From contig OZ244786.1 in assembly GCA_965219675.1 (NCBI GenBank), positions 138,378-202,377 on the forward strand: a stretch of DNA of 64,000 bases, read 5' to 3'. A program made the position numbers and the translations under genes. The stretch is from Candidatus Multivorans sp. GTDB lineage: Bacteria > Acidobacteriota > Thermoanaerobaculia > Multivoradales > Multivoraceae. Of the stretch, positions 46,670 to 55,940 are shown piece by piece (position 1 is the stretch's first letter; each line of letters starts with the position of its first letter). The notes under the pieces are model-generated. The model made no database searches, had not been told where the DNA came from, and was given only the letters and a program-made list of their open reading frames with translations.

Positions 46670-48513
46670 GGTCCGGCGGTCCGGCCGACGTGGAGAGCGT
46701 GGAAGAGGATCACCTCGACTTCCGGGGGGAGATCGGGATCGCGCATGACGACCAGCTCGCCAGGTCCACTCAGGTTTCCCGGTCGGCACAGCGCAGAGAG
46801 ATCGAACTCGGCGCGGTAGCGGGTGCCGAGGAAGGGACCGCCGGCGCCGGTCGCGACCCAGTGCAGCCAGGGCTCGCGGCCCGCCGTGGCGCCGCTTGCG
46901 CGCGCGGACCACTCCCCGGTGTGATTGCCGTGCAGCACCTCGATCCGGGACGGGGCGGAAGGGGGGTTCGTGCCGATTCGTGCGACCGCTTGACCCGCGG
47001 CGACTCCCTCTCCGTGGGCAACCGCCGTATCGAGCACGAGCGTTCCGCAGCCGGCCGCCCCCGCTGCCCATTGCGGTTGATCCGGTGTCAGCACCTGCCT
47101 CGGTGAACTGAGCAGCGTCTGGCGTGGGAGGAACGCTCCCCAGGAGCCGAGAGCGGCCGCCGTCAGCACGACGACGCCGACCGCCAGCACGATGGCCCGC
47201 GGCGTGGGCGCCCTCCTCACGAGCACGCCGACGCCGCGCCCGATCAGGATCAGGACGATCAGTCCGAGCCAGCGATCCCAGGCTGTGTCGAGTCCGAGGG
47301 CGCTCAACCGGTCGTCGAGATGCGCGGCCCGTAGCCACGGGTAGGTCGCCGAGAGCGTGGCGAACACGAGCAGGGCGCCCTGCCAGCAGAATCCGAACAC
47401 GGCCGCATCGCCGTGCAGGCCGATCCCGTGCCAGGGCCCGGTGGGCGGCGGATCGTCGGCTGACGCGGCACGGGGGCGTCGGGCGCTCAGCACGGTCCAC
47501 AGTGCGATGCCCGCCAGCAGGGCCTGGGTGGGGGGCAGGAAGCGCAACCCGGCGATCGAGAGCAGAACGGCCGCCGCCACCGTGTGCAGGTTGCCTCGAC
47601 CGACCAGGCTGGGCGCGGCAAGAAGGATCAGAGGAAGCCCGGCGAGAGCCGCCGGCCAGGGCGCCGTCGCGGCCGGCGGCAGCCCCAGGGTCAGAGCGCC
47701 GGCCAGGACCAGGACGATGGCGAACGCGAACCGTCGCCAGACCACGGCGGCCGCCATCGCGGCGAGCAGAACCCCGAACGCGGGCTCGCGGGCCAGAACG
47801 AGGCCCAGGATCAACGTCAGGCCCAGCCCCAGCGTTGCCGCCGCGCGCGACCAGCTCTCCTCGAGCGCCTGAGCGGCCGCGTCGGCGAGCGCCGCGGCGG
47901 CCAGCACGAGGACGACATTCGAACGGACGCCGCCTCCGACCAGGATCAGGGCGGCCGCTCCCGCCAGTGCCGGAGCGCCCATGCGGGCGAACAGGGCGGT
48001 CAGAACGACCGCCGCCACGGCCGGGACGCCGACGAGGACGACCAGCAACCGGAGTACGGAGCCGTCGAGCAGGTCCCCCTGTCGCAGGAGCAGGTTGAGT
48101 CCGATCAGGGCCGACATGAGGATGGCGCCGAGGTGCAGCAGGCGTCCCGGGGCCAGCGAGCCGGGCGGCGCCAGCAGTTCAGCCCGGCGGGCGACCAGGC
48201 TGTCCACGAGAAGTGCGGCGGGACCCAGGCAGAGGAGGGCTCCGATCGCCGTCGCGCGGGCCGGACCGTGCGTTGGCAGGGCCGCGAACGCGATCACGGT
48301 CAGTACGGGCAAAGCCAGCGCCGCCGGGCTCAGCGGGCGACGCGAGGCGCCCGCGGCAGCGATCAGTACCGCCGTTGCGGCGAAGGCGAGGAAGCGTCCC
48401 TCGGCTGCCGCTTCAGGGTTGCGCTCCACCCCGGCCAACGCGAACATCGCCAGCCCGGCAAGCAACGGCGGCAGTGCCGCCACCAGGGGCGGCGGCGAAC
48501 CAGTGGCGGTCAT
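46666..48513 (-). CDS. Large polytopic membrane protein with a C-terminal soluble domain (function unknown, possible polymerase/ligase-type role)
   Basis: About 450 aa consist of successive Ala/Leu/Gly-rich hydrophobic spans, followed by a non-membrane tail of about 150 aa. It is the first gene of the glycosyltransferase operon. Confidence 0.6.
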   Translation of the reverse strand: MTATGSPPPLVAALPPLLAGLAMFALAGVERNPEAAAEGRFLAFAATAVLIAAAGASRRPLSPAALALPVLTVIAFAALPTHGPARATAIGALLCLGPAALLVDSLVARRAELLAPPGSLAPGRLLHLGAILMSALIGLNLLLRQGDLLDGSVLRLLVVLVGVPAVAAVVLTALFARMGAPALAGAAALILVGGGVRSNVVLVLAAAALADAAAQALEESWSRAAATLGLGLTLILGLVLAREPAFGVLLAAMAAAVVWRRFAFAIVLVLAGALTLGLPPAATAPWPAALAGLPLILLAAPSLVGRGNLHTVAAAVLLSIAGLRFLPPTQALLAGIALWTVLSARRPRAASADDPPPTGPWHGIGLHGDAAVFGFCWQGALLVFATLSATYPWLRAAHLDDRLSALGLDTAWDRWLGLIVLILIGRGVGVLVRRAPTPRAIVLAVGVVVLTAAALGSWGAFLPRQTLLSSPRQVLTPDQPQWAAGAAGCGTLVLDTAVAHGEGVAAGQAVARIGTNPPSAPSRIEVLHGNHTGEWSARASGATAGREPWLHWVATGAGGPFLGTRYRAEFDLSALCRPGNLSGPGELVVMRDPDLPPEVEVILFHALHVGRTAGP

Positions 48514-48577
48514 CGCCGTTCAGCCTACCGCCCTGGCGCGGCGCATGGTGCCTGGCGCCCGGCCTTGCCCGATATGA

Positions 48578-49966
<1,389 letters not shown>

Positions 49967-49991
49967 GAGACTGCGGTCTCGCGGGCCATCC

Positions 49992-50082
49992 GGAGGGGTG
50001 GCTGAGTGGTCGAAAGCACCGGTCTTGAAAACCGGCGTGGATTAACAGTCCACCGTGGGTTCGAATCCCACCCCCTCCGCCA
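49992..50082 (+). tRNA. tRNA-Ser (anticodon TGA) with long variable arm, CCA encoded
   Basis: Acceptor GGAGGGG/CCCCTCC, anticodon arm CCGGT-CTTGAAA-ACCGG, long extra arm, T-loop TTCGAAT. Confidence 0.88.
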
Positions 50083-50086
50083 CACC

Positions 50087-50122
50087 GATCGCCAGGACAC
50101 TGGCGGGCGATCTTGTTGTGTT
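50087..50122 (+). terminator. Intrinsic terminator after tRNA-Ser
   Basis: The stem GATCGCC...GGCGATC is followed by TTGTTGTGTT. Confidence 0.5.
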
Positions 50123-50273
50123 CCAGAATCGGCGCCGGCGGGGCACCTCCCAAATTGGAGGTGTCAGCACCTGAAGCGCTGGACTAGCGTGTTTTCGCAG
50201 TCTCTCTGGGAGTACAGCCCAATTTAGCGAGCTCGATGCCTTTGCGGATCTTCTTGAGTTGCTTCATTCAGCG

Positions 50274-51371
50274 ATGCTGGACGAGGCGCTCTGGCCGACG
50301 ACCTGCGCCCGGATCGACGAGGCATGCGGCACGGTGGGCAGCGCACTGGTGGTCTGCGAACGACCCGCCGCCCACACAGGCGTTCACTTCGTCGGCTTGT
50401 ACCTCCGCGGTACACGTCGCAAGGATCTGGAGCGCGAGTACCTCGAGGAGTACTACGCCGTCGACGAACGGGTGCCGAGGATCCCGAGATTGCCTGACAG
50501 CCGAGTGGTTCCGACGCGCGAGATGTACACCGAACAGGAGTTGCGTGAATCGCCCGCGTACGACGCCTTGAAGCGCAGCGACGGGCAGCACGGTCTGAAC
50601 GTGCGCCTTGATCTGCCTGACGGCCGCTCGCACCTCTGCTGGACCTTGATGGACCCTGTGTCTGGCCGCGACTGGGATCAGCACCAGCTCGGAGTGATCA
50701 GGAGGCTGCTGCCCCACCTGCGGCAACTGGTGGGTGTTCGCCGCGCGCTGGCCGGGACCAAGGTGCAGGAAACGACGCTGAACAGCCTGCTGGACAACCA
50801 GCGAATCGGAGCCATTCACCTCGACCAGCGAGGTCGGATCCTCGCAGCGAACGACCACGCCGGAGAGATTCTGACGAGCGGCGCACTGTTCGACCGGAAG
50901 GGCCGGCTGCGGGCCAGCAGGCCGGAAGACCAGACAGTTCTTGACCGCTTGTTGACTCGGGCGCTGCCACGGAACGGCTCCGTTCGCGTCGGAGGCTGGA
51001 TGGTCGTGCGGGACGGAGCGCTGCCGACGGGTCTCGTCGTCCACGTGAAGCCGACCTCTGCCTGCGAGTATGACTTCGGCGGCCCGCAGCCGGCGGCTCT
51101 CGTCCTGATCGTAGAACCGGGGCGAACGCAGTCGGTCGACCCCGCTCTGGTGGCGCAGGTCCTCTGTCTGACGCAGGCCGAGAGCCAGGTGGCGGCGTTG
51201 CTGGCCGAAGGGCGCACGGTGCGTGAGATCGCCGTGGCCATGGGGTGCAAGGAGAGTTCCGTCTACTGGTACCTGAAGCAGACCTACGCCAAGTTGGACA
51301 TTTCGCGGCAGGCCGACCTCATACGGCTCGTGCTGTCGTTGTGGCCGGATGACCGGCTGACCCGGCCGTGA
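50274..51371 (+). CDS. LuxR-family transcriptional regulator (C-terminal HTH, N-terminal sensory region of unknown type)
   Basis: The C-terminus LTQAESQVAALLAEGRTVREIAVAMGCKESSVYWYLKQTYAKLDISRQADLIRLV is a LuxR/FixJ-type HTH. TTG 50259 is an alternative start. Confidence 0.82.
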   Translation: MLDEALWPTTCARIDEACGTVGSALVVCERPAAHTGVHFVGLYLRGTRRKDLEREYLEEYYAVDERVPRIPRLPDSRVVPTREMYTEQELRESPAYDALKRSDGQHGLNVRLDLPDGRSHLCWTLMDPVSGRDWDQHQLGVIRRLLPHLRQLVGVRRALAGTKVQETTLNSLLDNQRIGAIHLDQRGRILAANDHAGEILTSGALFDRKGRLRASRPEDQTVLDRLLTRALPRNGSVRVGGWMVVRDGALPTGLVVHVKPTSACEYDFGGPQPAALVLIVEPGRTQSVDPALVAQVLCLTQAESQVAALLAEGRTVREIAVAMGCKESSVYWYLKQTYAKLDISRQADLIRLVLSLWPDDRLTRP

Positions 51372-51557
51372 CCGGCCCTGACAGCGGGCTGTCGGCTGTC
51401 CGGCGCCGGAAACAGTGCGTCATAAGGGGCGTTGTCAAGCCCTTTTCGGTGGATCGGCTTCGGCCGTGCCCGATGGCGTAAGTCGTGGTGGCAGAGGCGC
51501 TTCGGCGCTGCCGAGGCCACTGGCGACCGTCGAAGGCGTGCCCCTCGGCACCGGTCG

Positions 51558-52574
51558 CTACAGGAAGGCGGAGCCGGCGTGGTCCTCGAAGGCGTCCGCC
51601 TGCCGGATGTACCGGAGCACCATGCGCGGGCTGGTGTGCCGGGTGACCTCCATGATCTTGTCGAGCCGCGCCCTGTTCGCCGCCGCGCTGGTCACGAAAC
51701 CCGCTCGCAGCGAGTGTCCCGAGTAGTGCGTCGGGTCCAGGCCGATGGCGGCCGCGTAGCGCTTCACCAGCCGCGCCACATCGGTCGGATGCAACGGCCG
51801 TCCCTGCACGTGGCCGCCGCGGCGCATCGTCTGGAACAGCGGCCCCTGTTCGATGCCGGCAAGCTCCAGCCAGCGGCCCAGCCTCGCCATCGGCCGGAGC
51901 AGAGGCCCCTCAGGCACGGCGATCCGCTGGCCCCGGCCGAGCTGATCCGTCTTCGACCTGCGGATGTGCAGGAACATCCGGGACGCTTCGCTGGGCGGAC
52001 CCAGGTACTCGACGTCGGCGAATCCCAGGGCGCAGATTTCTGAGCGCCGGAGCGCCGCGGCGAAGCCCACGGCGACGAGCGCGGCGTCCCGCACCGCGAT
52101 GAGCCCGCGCCCGTCACTTGCGGCCTGTTCGTCACAGCAGGCCAGGATCCGGGCGACCTCGCCCGCCTGCAGCGCCTTGACCTGCCGCGGTGGCCGATCC
52201 GACCGGCGCCCGAGCCCCCTCAGCACGGCGACCACGCTCGAGTCGTCCACGGGCGAGGGCCGGTCCTGCTCGCGGTACCTCCGGTTGATTGCCGCGAGGG
52301 AGACCTTGAGCGTGCCAAGGGCCAGCGGTTCGCCCTTCCTCGTCGTGGCCAGCGGCGACCTGGGGTGCGAGGCCATCCTGACGAGAAAGCCGGCCACGTC
52401 GGCCGGCGTCGCGGCCATCGGGTTCCTGCCGATCTCCTCGCAGTAGGCGGCGAACCTGCGCCAGCCCGTCCGGTAGGCGTTGCGCGTGTTCGCGGACAGG
52501 GACCCGCGAAGTGCATCCCGCACGGACAGCGCCTGGTCCGCGGTCTGCTTGGTTGAATCTGCCACCACCTGCAC
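51558..52574 (-). CDS. Tyrosine site-specific recombinase (Cre-like/phage integrase family)
   Basis: It has an N-terminal SAM-like region (NTRNAYRTGWRRFAAYCEEIG...DVAGFL) and catalytic signatures LRRSEI (Arg), GHSLRAGFVTSAA (HxxR) and MVLRYIR (Tyr). The GTG start is preceded by AAGGAGA. Confidence 0.85.
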   Translation of the reverse strand: MQVVADSTKQTADQALSVRDALRGSLSANTRNAYRTGWRRFAAYCEEIGRNPMAATPADVAGFLVRMASHPRSPLATTRKGEPLALGTLKVSLAAINRRYREQDRPSPVDDSSVVAVLRGLGRRSDRPPRQVKALQAGEVARILACCDEQAASDGRGLIAVRDAALVAVGFAAALRRSEICALGFADVEYLGPPSEASRMFLHIRRSKTDQLGRGQRIAVPEGPLLRPMARLGRWLELAGIEQGPLFQTMRRGGHVQGRPLHPTDVARLVKRYAAAIGLDPTHYSGHSLRAGFVTSAAANRARLDKIMEVTRHTSPRMVLRYIRQADAFEDHAGSAFL

Positions 52575-52590
52575 TTGTCTCCTTGGCCGG
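52569..52590. repeat. Left arm of an imperfect inverted repeat covering the recombinase SD and GTG start
   Basis: The reverse complement reads CCGGCCAAGGAGACAAGTGCAG. It pairs with 52977-53000 (20 identical positions over 24 aligned columns). Confidence 0.6.
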
Positions 52591-52976
52591 ATGACGCGTC
52601 GATCGCCGTTCCCTGGCGGTCAACTCACCTTCGCTGACGGCTCTTCGTAGAGGGAATCGGGGAGGAATTCCGCTGCCGAGTTAGTCGTACATAACGCCCC
52701 TAGTGACGCAGTAACGTGCTTCACACGACGGGTTCAGAGCCGGGTTTCCGTTCGATCCTCCGCTTCTTTGGAGCGTCTGAATGGTGTTGCGGACTGAGCC
52801 GCGAATCCGAGCAATGAGAGTACGGCACTTTTTCTCCTGGAGGTGATGCGCGCCCGGACAGGCCATCCGGCGGATGTTCCGCCGGACTAGTTGAGAGAGA
52901 CATTTGTGGCGGGAAACGTCCCCGTCATCTTGAACAGGGGCGATTCGCCCCAGGTTTGTTCCGGCCCGAAGAGGCG

Positions 52977-53000
52977 CCGGACAAAGGAGAACAAGTGAAG
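52977..53000. repeat. Right arm of an imperfect inverted repeat covering the SD and GTG start of the orphan exported protein
   Basis: It reads CCGGACAAAGGAGAACAAGTGAAG and is the mirror of the recombinase initiation region. Confidence 0.6.
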
Positions 53001-54689
53001 AACTATTTGATGTTCGCGCTGCTGATCGGCGCGACCGCTTCGATGGCCTTCGGTCAGTTCGGCGTTGTCGTCGATCCGGCGAAGGTCGAAATCGCTTGCC
53101 CGGATGATGAGTGCCATGTCGCCCCGTTCTTCAAGGGCGAGGGCGGATTCATTGGCGAAATCGCCGATGGGTTCGACGAGGTCAACTTCGTCGTCGACTG
53201 CGGCATCGTGAAGACGACGGCGTCGGCTGAGGCCAGCGACGGCGTCGTGGCGCAGCTCTTGAACATGGGCAATGGTCTCGGCTGTGCCAGTGGCGGCAGC
53301 GTTGAGATCCATGGTCTGAAGGACGGCGGCTGGTATTGGATCACCGACGAGATGAACTCTGCGGTTGCCTCTCTGATGGCCAAGGACGTGCTCGGCAATG
53401 ATCCGGTCATGCCTGCGGATCCGGGTTCGTCCGACATCACGTTGGAGTCGATGGAGGGCGCTGCCACGAGCATCGTGAAGCAGGTGAGTACCGGCCGTAT
53501 CGGCATCCTTCACCACGTCCTGCCGCAACCCATGATGGAGATGGAAGCTGCCGATCTTTGCGGTCCCTATTGGGACGGCGATGACAGGACCTTCTACAAC
53601 GACACCACCAACTGCATGCTGGGTAGTGGCGCAACGAAGATCGTCATGAACGGACCTGGACGCAACGGTCGGAACACCCGTCTTTCCGGTTCGGTTGAGC
53701 GGAATGTCGCGTTGGCGGGCCCTGTCACAGTGTCCTTCGCACTCTGGAGCGACGGTTCCGGGCATGTGATCGGTGGGTCCGGCAGCTCCACGCTGGTTGG
53801 CCACGACATCACCCTGCCGGCGAGCTTGCGTCCGTACTTCACTGTCAACCCGTTCGGTGCGGACTTTGGCGTAGAGATCATCTCTCCCTCCTCGACCTCC
53901 GAGACTGAGGCAGGGATCACGGTTCTGAAGGACGGTGATGTCCTCTCCGAGATGCCGTCTGTGAGCGTGGTTCCTGGAACCCCGGATCGCAGCACTGACG
54001 CTACATCTCCGACAGGCAGCGCCGGGCTGCAAGACGACAACCTCGGCGCCGACGCCGACGGAAACGCCATCCCAGAAATCACCAACGGTTGGGGGATGTT
54101 CGAGGGAGAGCCCACGTATTGCAGGCAGGCCACGAGCAGGAACGCCGATGGCGATCTGCTTCTTCACTTTGCCACTTCGGCGGGTGGCGTCGTCATGCTG
54201 GAGCCGGATCCGGATGGAACCGGCTCCCTGTCAGCACTAGCCGCCGATGCCAGCTGGTCTGCTCAGCTCACTTGGGCGCAAGCCTGGAATGGAGACAACA
54301 CCGACAGCAGCAAGTTCATCAGCATTCTTACGATGGACTTGAACGACCCCGCAACTCCCGAGGTGGCTGCTGACGACACCCGCGTGCCTGAGGTCGTGTG
54401 CGCCACGACCATGGGGGATCCGAGGATGGTCAGGGGTACGGGTGGTGTCGAGATTGATCCCACATCCCCTCTGTGCAATGACAGAACCAGCCAGACGGTT
54501 CGGCTTCGGATCACTGCACCTCTGGGGGCGGCACGGAGTCTGAACGACAGCACTCCGCCTATCGCGTGGGGTGGAAGGGTCGGCGGTGTACACGTCGCCG
54601 CACATACCACCCTTGACGTGCTCTGTCCTGCGGCGTCGGCTTCGACGTCTCGGGGTCTCGTTCCTGACAACCCGTTCCCGGTCGACTGA
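52995..54689 (+). CDS. Orphan exported acidic protein, 564 aa, 10 Cys, no recognisable domain
   Basis: AAGGAGA lies 5 nt upstream of the GTG. It has a signal peptide (VKNYLMFALLIGATASMAFGQ), a long unbroken frame with lower GC than its neighbours, and a strong terminator downstream. Confidence 0.7.
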   Translation: MKNYLMFALLIGATASMAFGQFGVVVDPAKVEIACPDDECHVAPFFKGEGGFIGEIADGFDEVNFVVDCGIVKTTASAEASDGVVAQLLNMGNGLGCASGGSVEIHGLKDGGWYWITDEMNSAVASLMAKDVLGNDPVMPADPGSSDITLESMEGAATSIVKQVSTGRIGILHHVLPQPMMEMEAADLCGPYWDGDDRTFYNDTTNCMLGSGATKIVMNGPGRNGRNTRLSGSVERNVALAGPVTVSFALWSDGSGHVIGGSGSSTLVGHDITLPASLRPYFTVNPFGADFGVEIISPSSTSETEAGITVLKDGDVLSEMPSVSVVPGTPDRSTDATSPTGSAGLQDDNLGADADGNAIPEITNGWGMFEGEPTYCRQATSRNADGDLLLHFATSAGGVVMLEPDPDGTGSLSALAADASWSAQLTWAQAWNGDNTDSSKFISILTMDLNDPATPEVAADDTRVPEVVCATTMGDPRMVRGTGGVEIDPTSPLCNDRTSQTVRLRITAPLGAARSLNDSTPPIAWGGRVGGVHVAAHTTLDVLCPAASASTSRGLVPDNPFPVD

Positions 54690-54873
54690 GGGAACACAAA
54701 GCGATACACGGTAGCGTCCCAGGGGTTCCAATCGGATGATCATCAGCATTCGACTCCTTGCCCTTGATCGCCGCCGGGCAGCGATGGAGGTTCAAGCTTA
54801 GGCCGTCTGTCCAAACAAAAACCTGAGTGATGAAAAGCGCATAACCCGCTCTTCGTCGCTGCCAACCTTCGCC

Positions 54874-54910
54874 GGGGCGGCAGGCTTTCAGCCTGCCGCC
54901 CCTTCTTCTT
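54874..54910 (+). terminator. Rho-independent terminator
   Basis: GGGGCGGCAGGC-TTTCA-GCCTGCCGCCCC forms a 12-bp perfect stem and is followed by TTCTTCTT. Confidence 0.7.
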
Positions 54911-54982
54911 GGCGCGATACAGTCGGCCTGTCCTCTACGGCCCCCCTGCCCCGGGTCGAGCGGAGTCCCAAGGAACCGCGCC

Positions 54983-55894
54983 GTGCCCCGAAGTCCAACC
55001 GATAGCTGGCAAGCCGAGATTCGCGCCGAGCTGGCGAACCTGGAGGAGATCGCCCTGGCGACGAAGCCGTCGTCCGGCGATCTGCCGAACCTGCGCGGCG
55101 TGGACATCGACGGCGTTTCCATGCCGCTGCGCCAGGCGATCGGCGGCGACCATGTGATCTACCTCGACTTCAAGCAGCGCTATGACCTGGAACGCCGTAT
55201 CCGCGAGGCGGAGGAGGCCGGCCGGAAGCAGGTCGTGGCGGGCCTGCTTCAGTCCCAGCAACGCGCCGGCGTCCTGGTGGCCGACGTGTCGGGCCACAAG
55301 GCCACGGACGCCCTGGTGGCGGCCATGCTCCACCAGGCGTTTCTGCTCGGGGCGTACTACGAACTCGACCTGTTCGGCGAGATCACCACGCGGCTCTTCG
55401 AGCACATCAACCAGCGCTTCTACAAGTCGACCACTCTGAACAAGTACCTCACCATGCTCTACGGGGAGGTCTCGGAGCAGGGCAGGTTCCGTTTCTTCTC
55501 GGCCGGCCATCCGGCGCCCCTGGTCTTCGCGGGGCGTCCGGGCCGGATCGAGCATCTGCCGGAGGACCAGCTCGTCCGCTTCCCGCCGGTCGGCATGTTC
55601 GCCTCGAACGCGTTCATGGACGAACTCGTGGATCCCGGCCCCCTGGGCTACAAGCGCCCCTACGAGGTCAGCGAAGTCGACCTGCTGGAGGCCGGTGACC
55701 TGCTTCTGCTCTACACGGACGGCTTCGCCGAGCACGGGGGCGAGCGCTACCTGCCGGAGCGCGCGGAGGGTGTCCTGGAGGCCGTCCGCGCCAGGACCGC
55801 CGCCGAGATCTGCGAGCACCTGCGTCGCGACCTGCTGGACTTCGCGCCGCCGGAGGACGACATCAGCTTCGTCGTGATCAAGAAGACCGAGTAA
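54983..55894 (+). CDS. PP2C-type (SpoIIE/RsbU family) serine phosphatase, single domain
   Basis: GGDHVIYLDF...VLVADVSGHKATDALVAAMLH...LLLYTDGFAEH...DDISFVVIK are the metal-binding motifs of SpoIIE-like PP2C. Confidence 0.8.
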   Translation: MPRSPTDSWQAEIRAELANLEEIALATKPSSGDLPNLRGVDIDGVSMPLRQAIGGDHVIYLDFKQRYDLERRIREAEEAGRKQVVAGLLQSQQRAGVLVADVSGHKATDALVAAMLHQAFLLGAYYELDLFGEITTRLFEHINQRFYKSTTLNKYLTMLYGEVSEQGRFRFFSAGHPAPLVFAGRPGRIEHLPEDQLVRFPPVGMFASNAFMDELVDPGPLGYKRPYEVSEVDLLEAGDLLLLYTDGFAEHGGERYLPERAEGVLEAVRARTAAEICEHLRRDLLDFAPPEDDISFVVIKKTE

Positions 55895-55940
55895 CACCTT
55901 GAGCTAACGTAGAGGCCCGCACCGACAACCTGGAGGGCCT

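Larger units (their letters stand above)
50083..54910. mobile_element. Putative integrated islet at the 3' end of tRNA-Ser (LuxR regulator, tyrosine recombinase, orphan exported protein); boundaries uncertain
   Basis: It is adjacent to a tRNA, carries a recombinase gene, and has visibly lower GC from 52575 to 54980 (hand counts about 55-60%). No clean att direct repeat was found. Confidence 0.4.

Noticed and set aside
50144-50163. The hairpin CACCTCC-caaatt-GGAGGTG (an anti-SD-like sequence pairing with an SD-like sequence) at the left edge of the islet
   Set aside because: No start codon or ORF follows the SD-like arm, so a translational-control role is unsupported. It may be a simple stem-loop.
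52742-52763. GGGTTTCCGTTCGATCCTCCGC as a possible degenerate copy of the tRNA-Ser 3' end (attR)
   Set aside because: Only scattered blocks match (GGGTT, CGA.TCC, TCCGC). This is too weak to call without a statistical alignment, so it is left as an open question in the islet finding.
52681-52903. Two overlapping 60-61-aa minus-strand ORFs in the recombinase/orphan spacer, considered as a possible excisionase
   Set aside because: They have no SD, no HTH-like pattern and overlap each other. They are more likely non-coding.
54736-54801. A 21-codon ORF (MIISIRLLALDRRRAAMEVQA) and the 10-bp palindrome GATGATCATC between the orphan gene and its terminator
   Set aside because: It has no SD and is too short to evaluate. 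The palindrome alone is not informative.
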